Shown here: in pieces, positions 53,180 to 64,000 of the stretch
How positions within the stretch are numbered: position 1 is the first letter of the stretch
Layout of the letters: each line of letters starts with the position of its first letter
Assembly (NCBI GenBank): GCA_002633005.1
Contig: NMRA01000328.1
Location: 185,195-249,194 of the forward strand
Direction: 5' to 3'
DNA: 64,000 nucleotides
DNA from: Phoronis australis
Lineage: Eukaryota; Animalia; Phoronida
The notes under the pieces: generated by a model
The model's database searches: none
What the model was told of the DNA's origin: nothing
Seen by the model: only the letters and a program-made list of their open reading frames with translations
Position numbers and translations under genes: made by a program

Positions 53180-54639
53180 ACCACTGGGTGTCGAACTGGG
53201 ACTGTATTCACTACCACTACTCAACATCGCTGCCGGGCTGCTTACAGGCTCTGGGCTAGAGACAACAGCACAGGGCGAATCACTGCTAGTTCATGGAATT
53301 GCACGCAATGGGGTACGTTCGGAGGCACGGATGACAGTAGATGCAGTGCCTCCAGTCACTGTATATAGTGGCCACAGCTCGCGAGGCTTCTCGCTTCAAA
53401 AACGCACTTCTAGGGGTTGGCGACGGGGCACTGCTGGGAATCAACATTGGCGGTATGGTACTCTTCTTCAGGCGTTGTTTCGCAGGGACCTTCATCAATT
53501 CAGCGCAATCTGACGGCAGAAAATGTTTGCCACACACTTGGTAACCCTCCACTGCTTTGTACGTTGCGTGGACGGGTAGCGCTGCGTTCTTCCCATGAAC
53601 GAGCTAGCCAAGTACGGCGAAGTGTGTCATCCTTCGAAAAGCGACGCAAGGTACCCAAAGCGTGTGTGAGAGGATAATGAGTACATCCCGGCACGCAGCA
53701 ACAGGGTGGCATGTTAACTGACTTGTAAACAAAAGCAAACGACGACCGAACTTATCACAAACGAGGTAGAACAATGACTGACCGGCAGTAATCGTACTGT
53801 AATGTCGGCAGCTTCGCGGCTAAGTCTACAGCTAACTCCTGTTGAAATTCTCCATACTTCAAAATTCCTGTTTGCAAGTGCTTGGAATTGCCATTCAATG
53901 GTTTTCATAATAAGAGACTAGAAATCCGAGTTGTCACACACGCCCACTGGCCTGGTGCTGCCTTACATTTTCACTGGCCACCTTGCTACAGTCGACTTGC
54001 GCAATAGACGAATTAGTGTCCACATTTGTGGTCACGTGCCGGGCTCAGACCCATGAGACAAGTTGCAGCAACAAATTCAGTGCGAATCCATAAACCCTTT
54101 TACACACACAATTAAATGCGCAAAAATGCTCCTGAATATCTTAAACCTTTAATTTAATGCTCAAGCTATACAACGAGTGCGTGTTGAAACACAACATTGA
54201 CCTTGGACCAAAGATGGACTCCTTGCATCAGACCTTAGTAAGCCGGGGGAAGGCGAGTGCCACCCCCAAGAAATGCATGCCTCAGGTTCAAACCATGGCA
54301 ACCGACAAAGGTGTGGGGCTGGGGAAAGACAAAAAAGAAAGTCTTCGAATACTGATCAGAAAGAAAATTCAAGAGAACATTGACAACTCGGTATCAGTGT
54401 ATGGTTTACCATTTGAGGGCCCTCTCCAGTACAATTGTTGTTAGGGTCTCCGTTTTTGCAGCTTAGGTCGTCTAAGCGCCCTTGAAAATGTGCACTTAAT
54501 CATTCATACATGTATTTCGAAAATTCGAGAAAAGTTTTGCGAAGCGTATTAATTCAGTCCAAGTTTTTCAGTGGTCCATAGGCGGTGCACTACGGGGGGC
54601 TGAGAGGGCTTTAGCTCCCACTTTTTTCAGTACTGCGCC

Positions 54640-55100
54640 CTTTATACACCTCCGGCATGACACTGCCAATACACTCACGAGGGAAAGTTGAGATTCCAAT
54701 TTCATCAAAAACACAAAACATTCGTGCACAGCACAGAAGCTGTCTTGTAAGAAATGGCGATGCATCACTGAACTTAGTTGAAGCCTGAAGGCTGACTTGC
54801 AAAAATTCGATCTATCATCAGACCACCATATCGCAAAGAAGGAAACTAAACGATAACAGTGATATTCATGAATGTCGGGCAGCTCTAAATGCTTTATTGA
54901 ATTGAAAACTAGACTTATGAAATTCAAAAATTTACAAACCGTAGACCGAAAAAGAAGTTCAAGCCATTGCCCATAAATTTGGAAAGATTGTCTTTGCACT
55001 TCCTTGATGCTTGTAGTTCCCAGTAGTACTGTGCAGTGAATTTAGGTTCTTCTAAACCGAATCGTTTTATTGCCATCCCCGTGCATACTGCAAAGGCTGG
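54640..55100 (-). pseudogene. Possible decayed hAT (ZMYM1/Tip100-like) transposase C-terminal fragment
   Basis: Frame-broken segments FGLEEPK, LVFNSIKHLELPD, RLQL and VMPEVYK recall the hAT pattern LEEPxLPR..NSIKxRFxQP..QL..FPEVxKL. The similarity is weak. Confidence 0.35.
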
Positions 55101-55465
55101 ACACGTCATGACTCAGTGACGCACCCACGTTAAAAATAAGGTGTAGTCATGCAGTAGGCTGCCCGCGTAGAATCCGCGCACACTTGACGGGAAAAGAACT
55201 TGAACTGCACTGAGGGGTTGAAGTGTGTGCAGTTTCGGGACACGCGTTCATTTTCCCCGGCCGCCCGGCAGAAGCTGGACCAGTGGCCATGTTTCAACAA
55301 GGAATTTTGATACAGCTCTATAGGCCAAGGATTTCGGGATCATATCTTTCAAAAAAATCTTCAGGAAATGGCCGTATTAAAATGAACTTTTCCCGAAACT
55401 GGGTAAAAAAACGACCTTAGAGCCAAAACACGGGTATAGGTTCGAGTTAAGCCATACGTCTCAAA

Positions 55466-55623
55466 TGAATCATAGCGGAGCTGACCAGCGACTAGCATGA
55501 GTTCGTCGAATTGCGCATGAATCATAGCAGAGCTGATCAGCGACTACCATTAGTTCGTCGAATTGCACATGAATCATAGCAGACCTGACCAGCTACTACC
55601 ATTAGTTCGTCGAATTGCACATG
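55466..55623. repeat. 52-bp minisatellite (TGAATCATAGCAGAGCTGACCAGCGACTACCATTAGTTCGTCGAATTGCACA) x3
   Basis: Seen directly. Confidence 0.9.
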
Positions 55624-56386
55624 CATGGATCAGACTTCCCGGCGACGCCACGACACCGGCCACCGTGGCGGGAGCAGCTAATTTCATAACTAACACCTGC
55701 TACTAAATCTGGATTTAAGCAAAATGACGAAGTCCACGCATACACACATGCAAGCGTATCCAAATACAAGTAAATGCATTTTCATGTGAAACCATTCAAT
55801 GTTCTTTGAACATTAACTTGTGTGAGTTCTTAATTTTCTTAGATCTGCCAAATCAGGTAGAACCAATGAGATATATAACTCATTGGGTAGAACTGTGTTT
55901 CAAGTCATTCACTATAAGGCACCTGAGGGAAGCTCGCGCCGTATGACGTCGTATGACGTCATACGACATAGGAGATGCGAGCCTCATTTGCATATAATAG
56001 TGACATCTGTTGGTTCAAAAAAGAGGATCATGCCCGAGTACATGCCTGGGAAGAGACATCTTTTGGAAGGGTAAAACAAGTCATGTTCAAAGCATCCTAG
56101 TGCCATTAATATGCAGTCTTTGGGGACCAAAGTGGTGTCATTTTATAGATAAAGAGTTAAGCTTTCAAACACAATGCTTGGATTGCAGACGACTTTAACA
56201 TTTACGTTTGAAATCACCTTTGAAAACATGTTAAAATGCGCTAAAACAGTTGTCCCTTCCTGGTTATCTCTTCCTGTTAAAAGTCATCAATGCTTCAGCT
56301 ATTTTAGCGTTAGAAACAGGATGTGGGCCATCACATTTCTCAGAAACGGTGAGGCTGACACAAAATTTCTTGGAAACAAGTCATAC

Positions 56387-56468
56387 CTCAAGAATAAGGG
56401 CAGTAAAGAGGTTAAGAACTAGAATGACAGACAGCAGCCACCATACGATGAAGTAGATCATAGACCAT
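56387..56468 (-). CDS. TPCN2: Two-pore channel 2 exon (IIS6)
   Basis: catttcag|A...GAG|gtatga, 82 nt, phase 2/0. WSMIYFIVWWLLSVILVLNLFTALILE matches TPC2 [27 protein letters not shown]. Confidence 0.95.
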
Positions 56469-56918
56469 CTGAAATGTAAATAGAGTAAGACTGTTTTACA
56501 CAAACGTTATCAGTAATGCAGAACTAGTCATTGACAGGCAGGTCAACGATCTTTTGTATAGCACTAGGAACTAAGTCTTAAAACAACATTGATTCAAATT
56601 CATAAAACTTAGCAACAATAATCATCACTGGCAATGTCATAGTGTTTATGTTTTTCAGTTTTGCTATTGATTTTAGAATGTCTTAACTTACTGTTTCATT
56701 TTTTCACTGATGTTTGGCTTAGAATCATTTACATTATTATTTTATAATTCTGCAATTCCATTGCATAATTCATTTCATAATTTCAGTGTATAATGTAATA
56801 ATTTTTCATTTATTTCGTTCATGTCACGTACGTAGAATTTATTTCATATTTCTCTCTAGGCCCTATTGGAAATCAGTGTTCACACAATGAAGAGCCCACC
56901 CAGGCGTAAATACACTTC

Positions 56919-57027
56919 AATAATAATAATTATAATAATTATACTAATGATAACATTGATGATGGTGATAGTGACGGTGATGGTGAAAGTGATGGTGCTG
57001 GTGATGATGATGATAATGATAATAATT
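56919..57027. repeat. Compound trinucleotide low-complexity tract (ATA/GAT/GGT)
   Basis: Seen directly. Confidence 0.9.
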
Positions 57028-58337
57028 TACAAGACCGTTGTAAGTATAACACATACAAGCCCAATACAGCAAATGATTCATTTTTCATAGTTCCCACTCA
57101 TATTGTTTTCATTTCCATAAACTTTCCACCATATAACTTTCATTTTCCAAGACTTATTTTTCCCACTACAAGCAAAGCACAATAAGATGTGTTAATTAAA
57201 TCATTGTTGCCAAGCAAGCGTCTGGGTGCCTAAACTTGCAATGGGACTAGCCAAGTCAGGGTTGTTTTATTCTATGAATATCAACCTAATTATGACGTGT
57301 CCATGCATGGAAATGATTTCTATCATTTTCCAGGCTTTCTAATGAGAGACAGCCATGTTGTTGCTTTACACAAAGTAATCATAAGCCCACATTCCATGCA
57401 AGAAACAAACCTTTCATTGTTACGTCCAGTTATAAAATTGACCTCAACTTGTTCGGCACGCAAACAAGAAGTGATTTGTTATCTTGTAAAGAACTGACAG
57501 TTCATTTTTCATGCCTTGATATCACCTTTAATTTGGCTATGGAACAATTTGAGACCACTTTGATGTTGGTAAGTCGTCTAAATCACAAGTTGGTTTCTGT
57601 CACCATTGGAAGACGTGTTAATAGTAGTTATGAGTAGATGTACGATCACAATGACGACATACAACAGAACAATCCCCTCATATATGTAACTAATATACTG
57701 CTCACACCAAAGTGCTTGGAAATTTTAAAACTGTCTATAAGGTTATAACTCTCGGTCAGAACACAATCAAACACATTTTAAAAATTAACTGCAGCACAGA
57801 TATAACCCTCTGCAAGGGTAGTTTAGTCAGAGGTTATAACCTTTATATTTGACAGTAGCGCCACCTACGGAGTTATAACTGTTGCATGTAGTGTTAACTA
57901 TTCCCGTTGGAAACAATGGCACACCAATGCACTAACTGGGGTGAATGGCAAAGCGATTGACAACTAGTGACAAAAACCATGAATAGGGTTACAATAGTTT
58001 CAACTGTTTGAGTGAGCGGTAACCATTACATAACAGTTACAACTATAGAAATAGTGAAGACCAGATTTAGTTGGTCTGAACACAGCTTCACATAGTAAAT
58101 GTTGCAATAAACACGCATGAAATACCATGAAGATTTGAACAGCATTAAGCAAATGAGCTTCTCCTAACAAAGAGGTGAACGCTTCATGAAAGACATCATG
58201 CCTTGTATTTAGTTTTCATCCTTAATCTAATGATGATTCAAAGTGGCACATGTAATTGTGGGTAAAGTCACTAGTATTGTACTAACAACAATATATTCAC
58301 AAGTGAAGTCTTACAAACATTTCAATTACTAAACTTA

Positions 58338-58490
<153 letters not shown>

Positions 58491-58848
58491 TCAAACAGGG
58501 ACTAATGAACCAATGTCAAATGTTCAGTCATAAAAACAGCAGACAGCCAAATGTTAACTTTAACCGTGAAAGTCCTGGGGGTTCTCTTCCACATACTGGG
58601 TAGGGATGCCACCATACAACTAAAAATCAAAGAATACATTGGCAAAACCAACAATGGGCGCCCAAGATAATGTCGCTTTCCCACAACTCCCGTTTTGAGG
58701 AGTTTGGCCAATAGACATGCATAAACCCTGTCATCGCACCTCCTGTAGAAATGCATAAACCCTGTCATCGCACCTCCTCTTAAAATAAGTGGATTAAACT
58801 TCGGAGCTGTGAAAGTCCCCTCTAGTGAGAAAGGAAGAGCAACCACTA

Positions 58849-59490
58849 CAGGTTGTGACAGAAAACACATGTATTCAACTGACAGGTGATTAAATGCACC
58901 ACCTGGTGTTTTAACCAGAGAACTAGTAATAACTGCGACGTCATTTACCAAAGAGCAGTTAGCGGTAAAGTAACGGGAGTTATGATGGACTTTTGATAAG
59001 GGCTGTTCCAGTAAAATCTGTATGGGAGGGGGGGAAGGCACCTTTTTTTCGCACCCACCACCCATATTTTTCATTTATTTCTTCAGCCTACCACCCGTAA
59101 TTTTTTATAAGTTTGAAATGCAACCACCCGTAATTTTTTTTTTTGTTCTTGTGGTTGACTGCACAGGCGCTTGAGTTTATCTGTTCCTCCATCACCACTA
59201 ACGTCATTCATTACTAAGAAAACATATGTTTCTTATATATGGTTAATAGCCATCGAGAAATTCGAGCACCTGTGGTTAAATGGTGTTATGGGCATGCCGA
59301 TGAGGAGATCGGAGGGAGTGAAAGTCGGAGCTTTTTGCAAGTTGCATTTTTGTNCAGGTTGTGACAGAAAACAGTGTGAATTAAATGCACCACCTGGTGT
59401 TTTAACCAGAGAACTAGTAATAACTGCGATGTCATTTACCAAAGAGCAGTTAGCGGTAAAGTAACGGGAGTTATGATGGACTTTTGATAA
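58849..59490 (+). repeat. Direct duplication of ~140 bp (58849-58999 and 59355-59490) across an N
   Basis: CAGGTTGTGACAGAAAACA...GGACTTTTGATAA appears twice, differing by one indel block and one substitution. Confidence 0.9.
59000..59353 (+). mobile_element. One end of a MITE (PIF/Harbinger-like) inserted after TAA, truncated at an N
   Basis: GATAA|GGGCTGTTCCAGTAAAATCTGTATGGGAGGGGG. The duplicate flank at 59355-59490 lacks this insertion. The second terminus is not visible. Confidence 0.45.
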
Positions 59491-59814
59491 AGCAGGGAAG
59501 TGACACAAGAAATGAAATTACCAGTCAATATTTCTTTCATTTACCCACCCTAGACAATACCAGGATGTCAAAATACTCTTCCGAGAAGATATCTGAGGTT
59601 AAAGTAGCTACTGGAGACACTACCAAGGAGCAAAATACCTACCTGAGTTGACAGCATATCCCTACCAACCCCCTGTGGGATAACCCTGTGAAAGTGCCTT
59701 AAATTTTTAACAGGGTCACATCTTAACATACACAACTGGTATTATACCAACACAATGTAACATAAAACGTGTAAGCCATCTTGTATGTGATTCATCTCCA
59801 GCCTCAATACTAAC

Positions 59815-59894
59815 ACGTTGGTCTTGTTGCCAGGATACGTGATGACTCCTTCAAACAGTTCCATGCCCAATATTGCATAAGAATAGTAGAGCAC
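59815..59894 (-). CDS. TPCN2: Two-pore channel 2 exon (IIS5 and turret)
   Basis: ggtttcag|GTG...AACGT|gttagt, 80 nt, phase 0/2. Encodes VLYYSYAILGMELFEGVITYPGNKTN(V), with an N-K-T sequon in the luminal loop. Confidence 0.9.
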
Positions 59895-60674
59895 CTGAAA
59901 CCAAATGTGCAATTCAATTCAGTTCAGATAATTTTAGGGCAAGACAATTTTGACTGGATTTTTGTTTTGTAAAAGGTCAGAGCCTTAGCGACAACAAGGG
60001 GACAGATTTCTGGAGGCAAGTTATTTATCTTTTGGAAGTGGTAACGTGGCAATTAAATGAGATTTTACTACCATCTTACAGCCTAAAACTGAACATCATG
60101 AAACGGACTTTTTAAGCACTCTACAACAACAAACTTGTAATTAAAATTTTCTACCATCAAAAGAAACTGAGGGTACACTTGTGATTAACACAAAGCGGCC
60201 CAATTTCCACAGAACATTCACTGCATTTGCATATAAAGAGTGTCAAAGAGCCATCTGTTTGACAAGGTTGCCCAACATTTCCAACCTTATCAAACCGGAT
60301 GGCTTTTTGACACTTTACTTGACTGTATGAATAATCTGTAAGGGGATGCAACTGTTTGAGACATATATGGGGTGGTTAAGTTTCCTGGTGTTGAATAACT
60401 GTTTTCTGCAGTAAGAGAAGAGGTGTTGATGGATTTTAGCAGTTTACGTTAACAAAGTAGTCCTGGCACTTCAATGTTTTCTCATTTCAACATGTAACTA
60501 TGTCTATCACTTAACGATCCTGTCACTCCATTCAAAAGATTAATGCACACTCATCCATAAACTTACAAACAGTAAGAAGTGAGAGAATATGAGACAACAG
60601 AATGCAATTGAATAAACCATTAAAAACCTCTAAGGAAGCAAAATGATTTTTCTTACGTGCTGTTGTGAGCTTAC

Positions 60675-60746
60675 CACAAGAATGCCACCGAATGCCTTCA
60701 AGTTACGGATAAGATCCAGCAATGTGTTAGCCACCATGGACATGGT
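60675..60746 (-). CDS. TPCN2: Two-pore channel 2 exon (IIS4-S5 linker and start of IIS5)
   Basis: ttctgtag|ACC...GTG|gtaagc, 72 nt, phase 0/0. TMSMVANTLLDLIRNLKAFGGILV matches TPC2 NMRAFGGILV. Confidence 0.93.
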
Positions 60747-61146
60747 CTACAGAAGAAAAAGATTCCTAACTTACAACAGTCTGTTATAACCATAACTGAG
60801 ATTTAATTACACAAACCTAGAAACTTGAATGGAATTGGAGAAATGATCTGGAGACAGCAGCTATTCCACACTATCACCATTTGTTGAAATTCAATTATTC
60901 ACTTAATAGTACATGTAATGCCGAACCACAATTTATTACAAACAACTTCAGTGCATGTTCAAAGCAAATTGCCTTATACAAATCTTTGTTGTAATTAGCA
61001 TAAAGTGAATTTGAGAAAAAGGAAGCATGTCTAACCTTGTGCAAACACGAAAGTGCCAGTGGCCACCAGAGGGGGTACAAATGTCCAATACAGATACTAT
61101 AGCAATACAAGAGCGTCGGTGCCTAGGCATACAAAACAACAATCAC

Positions 61147-61252
61147 CTTTATTGCAGTAATGATTCTAAACATGCGAACTAGTATGAGGATATTGATGAT
61201 GCGTACAAGGTCCCACAATGATATCACTGTCTCAACGTTGTTCATGACAGAC
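61147..61252 (-). CDS. TPCN2: Two-pore channel 2 exon (IIS4)
   Basis: tgttttag|G...AAG|gtgatt, 106 nt, phase 2/0. SVMNNVETVISLWDLVRIINILILVRMFRIITAIK matches TPC2 [25 protein letters not shown]. Confidence 0.93.
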
Positions 61253-61568
61253 CTAAAACAAAGAAACAACAAACTGAATGTACTCAATTTGCAACCATAG
61301 TATGACATGTTTTGTATAGTAAAAAAGGAACTAGTCAAGTTAAAACAGTTTAAAGGTCCACTTACACCAATTTTATCAAGAATATTTTAAAAAAATTAAC
61401 AAGAAGAGAAATCTGTGGGATTAAGGACCAAAAAATAGCATCTAATGACCTACAGCTGGAAGTAATAGTATTATTCACCAAACAAAAAAGAAACTTACAA
61501 ACACCAGTTCTGCAGAGACTAAGACTATTGTTTAAGCAATCAAACTATTCATGTGCAAGTTAACTTAC

Positions 61569-61624
61569 GTATCATCACTACCCATAAATGGAGATCCATA
61601 AATAAGGTAGAGACATTCAATTAT
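61569..61624 (-). CDS. TPCN2: Two-pore channel 2 exon (end of IIS3 and S3-S4 linker)
   Basis: cttccag|ATA...GATAC|gtaagt, 56 nt, phase 0/2. Encodes IIECLYLIYGSPFMGSDD(T). Phase joins both neighbours. Confidence 0.88.
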
Positions 61625-62995
61625 CTGGAAGAGCCAGAGACACAAATCAATTGAATGCTGGGAACCAATATCAACATCGTATAACACAAAATGGATATTG
61701 GCGACATAAAATACATCCATAAGCCATAGGAGGTATACACTTTTGTCTGTGTTTGTATTCAAGCAGTTCAATATGTCACTGATGTTGTTTTTTCAATGCA
61801 TAGTGGGACATTAGTCAGCTCACAAACATCCGGTGAGATCCCACATGAATTGTGGGTAATTCGATTTACAATTTGAACTTGACGACAAGTGTCTCGATAT
61901 CCTTTCATGCAAAAAACTTGCTAATACATAATTTATGCATTTTGAGGCTCAGTTTCAATCACGCATTTTTGTATGATGGTTGTTCAGTCATACTCGCACT
62001 GAACAGTATGTTGTAGCGGACCCATGCTTTCATTTCTGGTGCCCTCTAGTGACAAGTATTGTTGTCCATCAAAGACCACAAATTGTCTTTGATGTCAGTG
62101 TAAGTTTATGGGTCAACAACCATCCCACAATGCATATGAAAAATGACAGCAGTGCCACAGATGAAATTCTCCAATTTAGCTATAAACAGATTTTGGTCAC
62201 AAGTTTTCAAAACAAAGTCACAAATGAACCAAACACCAAACAAACAGGTTTTGAGTGTAATATCGGGCATTATTACAAATAATATTGAGAAGCTGCATAA
62301 AAACATCACTTGTGTCTACGAGGGTAATATGCCTAAGCTCCTGTGCAACTGATGTACACTGAAACAAAATAGATGGCTGGGGATGGGCTTGTCATCTCAG
62401 TGCTTTCCAGGTGTTAACAAGACAAAACCTGTACAAGGAATGCTGGTACACCAGACTGCATTACTAGTTGGCTAGCAAGATACACGAGCCCGAAGACAGG
62501 GAAGCCTGAGGTGTGTTCATAGAACTAGTTTCTTGCAAGAAAACCAAAAAACTCGAAAGACTGTTGCCATGTATTGCAAGCGAAGTACGTTATTACATTA
62601 ACTTCCTTAGCTAGATTCTTGCGTCTATGAAACTCAGCCCTTGTCTCCATGCTCACAAATTTGAAGAGCATTCTTTTCAACGGTTCTTTTGGCAAGAACA
62701 AAATTCTTTTTTCATGAGCTGTACTTGTGTTCTCATGCATCACAATTTATCACAAACAGGTTTTTTTTTCAGGAGCCACCTTTTTTCATATAATGATGGC
62801 AGTGTTAAGCAAGAGCTAGGTACAGGCTATCAAAAGACTTTGTACACTACAAGATGGTCCAACTGGCTTGTCAGGAAAGAAGTGATTTCCTAAGAAAGGA
62901 ATTTTGATGCACACAGGAAATATAGATTGTAAGAAAGATCTGCGTTCATGAGTGCAGAAAGCTGGTTATCCCATAACTCTTTCATAAATTCTTAC

Positions 62996-63181
62996 CACCA
63001 ACAATATCGTGATAAGCCCGTCGAATACATTAGCAACGTCCCACATATAGAGTCTCCAGCCAAGCGCCCATATTTTTAGACACATCTCGATTAGATAATA
63101 CAAGATGAAGACGAGATTAGTGACACCTAGTGACAAGTCTTCCGCTTCCATGCGACCACCGATCTTACCATCCAGCTCCAC
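62996..63181 (-). CDS. TPCN2: Two-pore channel 2 exon (domain II S2-S3); first exon visible, gene continues beyond the window
   Basis: ccaccag|GTG...GTG|gtaag, 186 nt, phase 0/0. Translation VELDGKIGGRMEAEDLSLGVTNLVFILYYLIEMCLKIWALGWRLYMWDVANVFDGLITILLV resembles TPC2 YYLLEMLLKVFALG...NVFDGLLT. Confidence 0.93.
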
Positions 63182-64000
63182 CTGGTGGGGAATACAAAAA
63201 TATCAAGTAAAGGTAACAAGAACAAGAACCAGTAAAGGTAGCTGTACATACTAAATAATTATACAGCTTTGCGCCAATGTGAGTAAAAAATGGCCAAATT
63301 AAATCTGACAAAAATTAGTGTCATTAAAAACTACAATCTTCCTTGAGTAAACTAATTTATCGGTGTTGCAAAGAATGGTTTCCTACCATTATTTTTTGCT
63401 GAATCTTCTGTCAACAGTTCTTCTTCCGCAATATTGTGTACATGTCACAAAAAATTATTGGAATTGGTTTCATTTTGTTTTTTAGTTAATACCAGCAAAC
63501 CTAATTTCAAAACAAAACTTAGCTGCTATGAAGCTGCCCTCATCTCCCGAGAGATGTTGCAAAAAATTAGGAAATGGCGCGTATGTGTGTCACAAGCATA
63601 CTGTTTTCAAAACAACGACAGAACTTTTCGTTGCTACAAAAGGCTGAGAATTATGCATTGTGTTTATTCGATTGTTTTCACTTACAAGGCTGCAAAGGGC
63701 AGGGTAAGTGTCTGTTGACTCCCAGATTTTGCATGCACTCCAGCCAGTCATTAACCTTACATGTTGATACAAGTTTCACGGTGAGGTAACGAGCAGAACT
63801 ACCCAGGCTGAGTAAAATTTTGGGGTCAAACGGAGCTCAACACGCAGCGGTACCTAGCTAGCTGTATTTGACAATAGTCTTCATACAGCTAGCTGGCTAG
63901 CTACAGTGAAGGTTATTCATTCAGACATCAGAACACCAAGATCTTTGAACACACTTATTAGATTGATCAGCACTATTTGTGTGGAATATTAAGTATTCCT

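Larger units (their letters stand above)
48564..53181 (-). mobile_element. Full-length non-LTR retrotransposon with one APE-RT-RNase H frame (I-group/Ingi-like protein), 4.6 kb
   Basis: Perfect 15-bp TSD CACTGGGTGTCGAAC at 48549-48563 and 53182-53196. The 3' tail is short TATTACAGG repeats. The frame is uninterrupted, and the host Kolobok sequence resumes exactly across the TSD. Confidence 0.95.
48344..53785 (-). mobile_element. Inverted Kolobok family A transposase fragment (48344-48563 and 53182-53785) split by the retrotransposon
   Basis: Reverse-complement match to 2080-2830. THAP MPPCCCVPGC...RRFSKD..RRTW...VCGKHF...LKKSTIP starts at 53712. ELFGRCQVCG...WECVVGHSGKWDS lies at 48350-48478. 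Confidence 0.82.

Noticed and set aside
54462-56198. Possible further TTAA/AG-ended element around the hAT remnant and 52-bp array
   Set aside because: Only a short GTCGTCT match links the ends, and the left flank is not TTAA.
56866-57090. Ile/Met/Val-rich 74-aa ORF
   Set aside because: It is a translation of a trinucleotide low-complexity tract.
63700-63830. Next upstream TPCN2 exon ending at the GTAAGG near 63760
   Set aside because: The upstream sequence does not translate to the expected hydrophobic IIS1 helix. That exon probably lies outside the window.

Overview
This is AT-rich metazoan genomic DNA, not prokaryotic. The repeat content and gene style suggest an invertebrate deuterostome such as a hemichordate or echinoderm (inference). 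The only host gene I can support is the 3' half of a two-pore channel 2 gene (TPCN2). It has nine minus-strand exons from 63181 down to the stop at 41610, all with GT-AG junctions and matching phases. Its ~10 kb intron (46290-56386) holds a full-length, apparently intact non-LTR retrotransposon (48564-53181, minus strand) with APE, RT and RNase H domains and a perfect 15-bp TSD, nested inside a rearranged Kolobok-type DNA transposon. The retroelement has three notable features. Its 5' end folds as an HDV-like self-cleaving ribozyme whose P1 starts at the element boundary. Its 1264-codon frame has no AUG before the first endonuclease motifs and directly follows an in-frame UAG in structured RNA. 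It lies in the sense orientation of the host pre-mRNA. The remaining ~41 kb has no exons I could recognise. It contains Kolobok/T2 elements with THAP and KolX remnants, TA-flanked elements carrying a HIRAN-like gene, a CTCF-motif-rich repeat, foldback MITEs, minisatellites and two gap-adjacent duplications. All coordinates, alignments and RNA folds were derived by hand and need computational confirmation.
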